From contig OZ223486.1 in NCBI GenBank assembly GCA_965140785.1, positions 1 to 10,333 of the forward strand: a stretch of DNA of 10,333 bases, read 5' to 3'. This stretch comes from an uncultured Ruficoccus sp. GTDB lineage: Bacteria > Verrucomicrobiota > Verrucomicrobiia > Opitutales > Cerasicoccaceae. Shown here one piece after another: positions 8,187 through 10,333 of this stretch. Below the pieces are notes generated by a model. That model ran no database searches. It saw only the letters and a program-made list of their open reading frames with translations, and was not told the DNA's origin. Each line of letters starts with the position of its first letter. The first letter of the stretch is position 1. The position numbers and the translations under genes are program-made.

Positions 8187-8537
8187 ATGGAATGTGAGAC
8201 TTTAATTCGCCTGATCAAGGACTGGTACCTTCGGGTGAAACAAGAAACCATGGCTCCGGCCCGCATGATGCAGTTTGTTGACCAGCATGTCAAAACCTGC
8301 AAGGTCTGCCAAGCAGATTTGCTTCTCTCCGATGAGGTTGAGAAAATTCGTGAATTTGTCCTTCCGGAATCCAAAATTCCCAAAGCGGTACGAGCCGCCG
8401 ATGAATCTACTCCTGATATTTCTCCTGACGAGGATGAAGAGGATGAGAAATACATCGACGACAATGACGATGATCTCGACGGCGACGATGAGATTGATGA
8501 GGACAGCAGCAACATCAACGATGATGATGTCCTTTAA
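8187..8537 (+). CDS. Hypothetical protein: zf-HC2/ZAS-like N-terminus with Asp/Glu-rich tail
   Basis: C3...H34xxxC38xxC41 motif. 25 of the last 45 residues are D/E. An in-frame TAA at 8163 limits how far upstream the start can be. No obvious SD sequence. Confidence 0.8.
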   Translation: MECETLIRLIKDWYLRVKQETMAPARMMQFVDQHVKTCKVCQADLLLSDEVEKIREFVLPESKIPKAVRAADESTPDISPDEDEEDEKYIDDNDDDLDGDDEIDEDSSNINDDDVL

Positions 8538-8584
8538 ACATGCAATCCACACCTTTTTGACCTCATCACGTTTCAGGGGAAATC

Positions 8585-9501
8585 ATGTCCCCTGATAAAA
8601 ATCTGCGCCACTTGGTGTCCATAACGAGGCCACATTCAGGCCTCGTTTTTTTGTTGCTCTTCTTGTTTGCGTCCCCACTCTTGGCAGGAGAGCAACAGGT
8701 CACAGCACCTGACCGCGTGGTTTCACTCAGTCCTCTGCTCACCGAAAATATTTTTCTTCTTGGTGCAGGTGAACGACTGGTCGGGGATACGGTGTACTGT
8801 CAACGCCCCGAATCTGCCAGATATATTCAAAAAATCGGTTCTGTGCAGGAGTTGAGCATAGAAAAGATTGTCAGTCTTCGCCCTGAGCTGGTGTTGTCTA
8901 TCAATCTCAATCCTCGCCAACAGATTGCTAAACTGCGCTCACTTGGGCTTCACGTCGAAGTATTTCGACAACCAGCCTCCTTTACCGATATCTGCTCACA
9001 ATTTCGCCGACTCGGACAGCTTTTGGGTCTGCACGCAGAGGCTGAAGCCCTTATTGCCCAGTCCCAGAAGCAAGTAGAGGCAATCCGCCTCGCCGTCGCC
9101 AATCTCCCCAAAACCAGGGTTTTTCTCCAGGTGGGAGCCAGCCCCCTTTTCTCCTCTGTGAGCAACTCGTTCACACCCATGATTTTATTGAACTTGCTGG
9201 CGGAATAAACATTGCCGGTGGCCAGCGGCAGGGCTCCATGAAAATTGAACAGGTTATAGCTCTCAATCCACAGGTTATCATCATTGCGGTCATGGGGTCG
9301 GAACATGGGATTGGGGCCCAGGAGAAAAAACGATGGTTGCAGTTTACAACCATTGATGCCGTGCGCGATCAGCGGGTCTATCCGCTCAATCCGGACTTGG
9401 TCTGTAGCCCCTCTCCCCTGACCTTTGCCGACACTTTGTTGACCTTTGCCCGTTTAATCCATCCTGAAGCAGTGATTGAGCTTCCTACTCGAACCAACTG
9501 A
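8585..9501 (+). CDS. Helical-backbone (BtuF/TroA-like) cobalamin/iron-chelate ABC substrate-binding protein, apparent frameshift at ~9171-9180
   Basis: Signal peptide, then RVVSLSPLLTENIFLLGAGERLVG and IEKIVSLRPELV. After NSFT the -1 frame gives HDFIELAGGINIA...IEQVIALNPQVII...AVRDQRVY to TGA at 9499-9501. Confidence 0.87.
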
Positions 9502-9536
9502 GCAAAAAACACCTTGCCATGAGAATCTGGCACGGG

Positions 9537-9572
9537 AAAAAAACAACCGCTGCTCAAAAAAATGAGCAACGG
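9537..9572 (-). terminator. Intrinsic terminator of the SPFH gene
   Basis: The minus strand reads CCGTTGCTCA-tttttt-TGAGCAGCGG (10-bp stem with one G-U) followed by TTGTTTTTTT. Confidence 0.7.
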
Positions 9573-9595
9573 CTTGAAGCGCATAGATGCCGTAC

Positions 9596-10333
9596 TTATG
9601 TGGCATCGGTCCCTTTCTGCACCGTTTTGGTGCGCTCCAGAGTAGTGAGTGCCGTAGCAACCACGGAGGCAACATCGGTCAGGTTGGCTGGCAAGATCAT
9701 GGTATTGCCCTCTTTGGCCAGTTTTCCAAACTGATCGATATACTTTTTCGCTACATCCAGATTAGCTGCATCCTGTCCACCGGGAGAGCTTAAGGACTCC
9801 GCCACACGACGAATTCCCTCACCGGTTGCTTCGGCAACTTTCAGTATCTCCTGGGCCTGACCTTCAGCCTCATTGATACGTCGCATTTTTTCCCCCTCTG
9901 AGCGGGCAATTGCCTCCGCACGAGCCCCCTCAGCCCGGTTAATCATGGCTTGGCGCTCACCTTCTGATTTGGCTATTTCGGCCCGTTTTTCCCGCTCCGC
10001 CCTCATCTGTTTTTCCATTGCATCCAGCACACTCCGAGGCGGTTGAATATCCTTAATTTCATAACGCAGGACCTTGACTCCCCAGTTTTGAGAAGCCTCA
10101 TCAAGGGCATTCACGACCTGCTGATTCAGTGTCTCACGGGCCTCAAAGGTATTGTCCAGGTTTATCTTGCCTATGGCTGAGCGGAGACTTGTTTGGGCCA
10201 ACTGGGTTACCGCATAATGATAATTTTCAATACCATAGGCAGAAAGTCTCGAGTTAATCACCTGCATGTAGAGACAACCATCAATTTCCATGGTGACGTT
10301 ATCCGCGGTGATACAGGTCTGGGCGGGTATATC
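9596..10333 (-). CDS. SPFH/band-7 stomatin-like protein (QmcA/paraslipin type), 5'-truncated by window edge
   Basis: The frame is open to the window end (DIPAQTCITADNVTMEIDG...). Motifs LAQTSLRSAIG, WGVKVLRYEIKDI and AMEKQMRAEREKRA, plus a Band_7_C-like tail (KYIDQFGKLAKEGNTMILPANL). Confidence 0.93.
   Translation of the reverse strand, partial: DIPAQTCITADNVTMEIDGCLYMQVINSRLSAYGIENYHYAVTQLAQTSLRSAIGKINLDNTFEARETLNQQVVNALDEASQNWGVKVLRYEIKDIQPPRSVLDAMEKQMRAEREKRAEIAKSEGERQAMINRAEGARAEAIARSEGEKMRRINEAEGQAQEILKVAEATGEGIRRVAESLSSPGGQDAANLDVAKKYIDQFGKLAKEGNTMILPANLTDVASVVATALTTLERTKTVQKGTDAT

Noticed and set aside
7534..8197. ORFs 7534-7935 (-) and 7982-8197 (+)
   Set aside because: They overlap tRNA-Sec or promoter DNA, and have no RBS or recognisable motifs.
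8162..8552. Antisense Ser-rich and Ile/Val-rich ORFs
   Set aside because: These are shadows of the GAY/GAR-rich acidic tail on the + strand.
8538..8584. Cobalamin riboswitch ahead of the BtuF-like gene
   Set aside because: The gap is only 47 bp and no B12-box motif was seen here or upstream.
155..9793. Remaining short alternative-frame ORFs in the track
   Set aside because: They are nested in or antisense to well-supported genes or regulatory DNA, with no independent evidence.

Overview
Chromosomal window that looks like a sulfate-reducing Desulfobacterota (Desulfobulbaceae-like; inferred from gene content only). In order it holds: the 3' part of a NadN/UshA-type 5'-nucleotidase, an IHF/HU-family gene behind a clear sigma54 promoter, and a convergent PilZ-domain gene. 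Then come a family-3 solute-binding protein / multi-PAS histidine kinase / REC-HD-like regulator operon and tRNA-Sec (selC, minus strand). The window ends with a small HxxxCxxC protein with a polyacidic tail, a BtuF-like binding protein and a truncated SPFH gene. Three genes carry -1 frame breaks at short runs, most likely sequencing errors. The most unexpected region is the ~285 bp between the regulator and selC. It holds one solitary 37-bp CRISPR-like repeat (CTTT...ATTGAAAC) with no array or cas genes in the window, bracketed by inverted repeats and followed by a near-consensus sigma70 promoter aimed antisense into tRNA-Sec.
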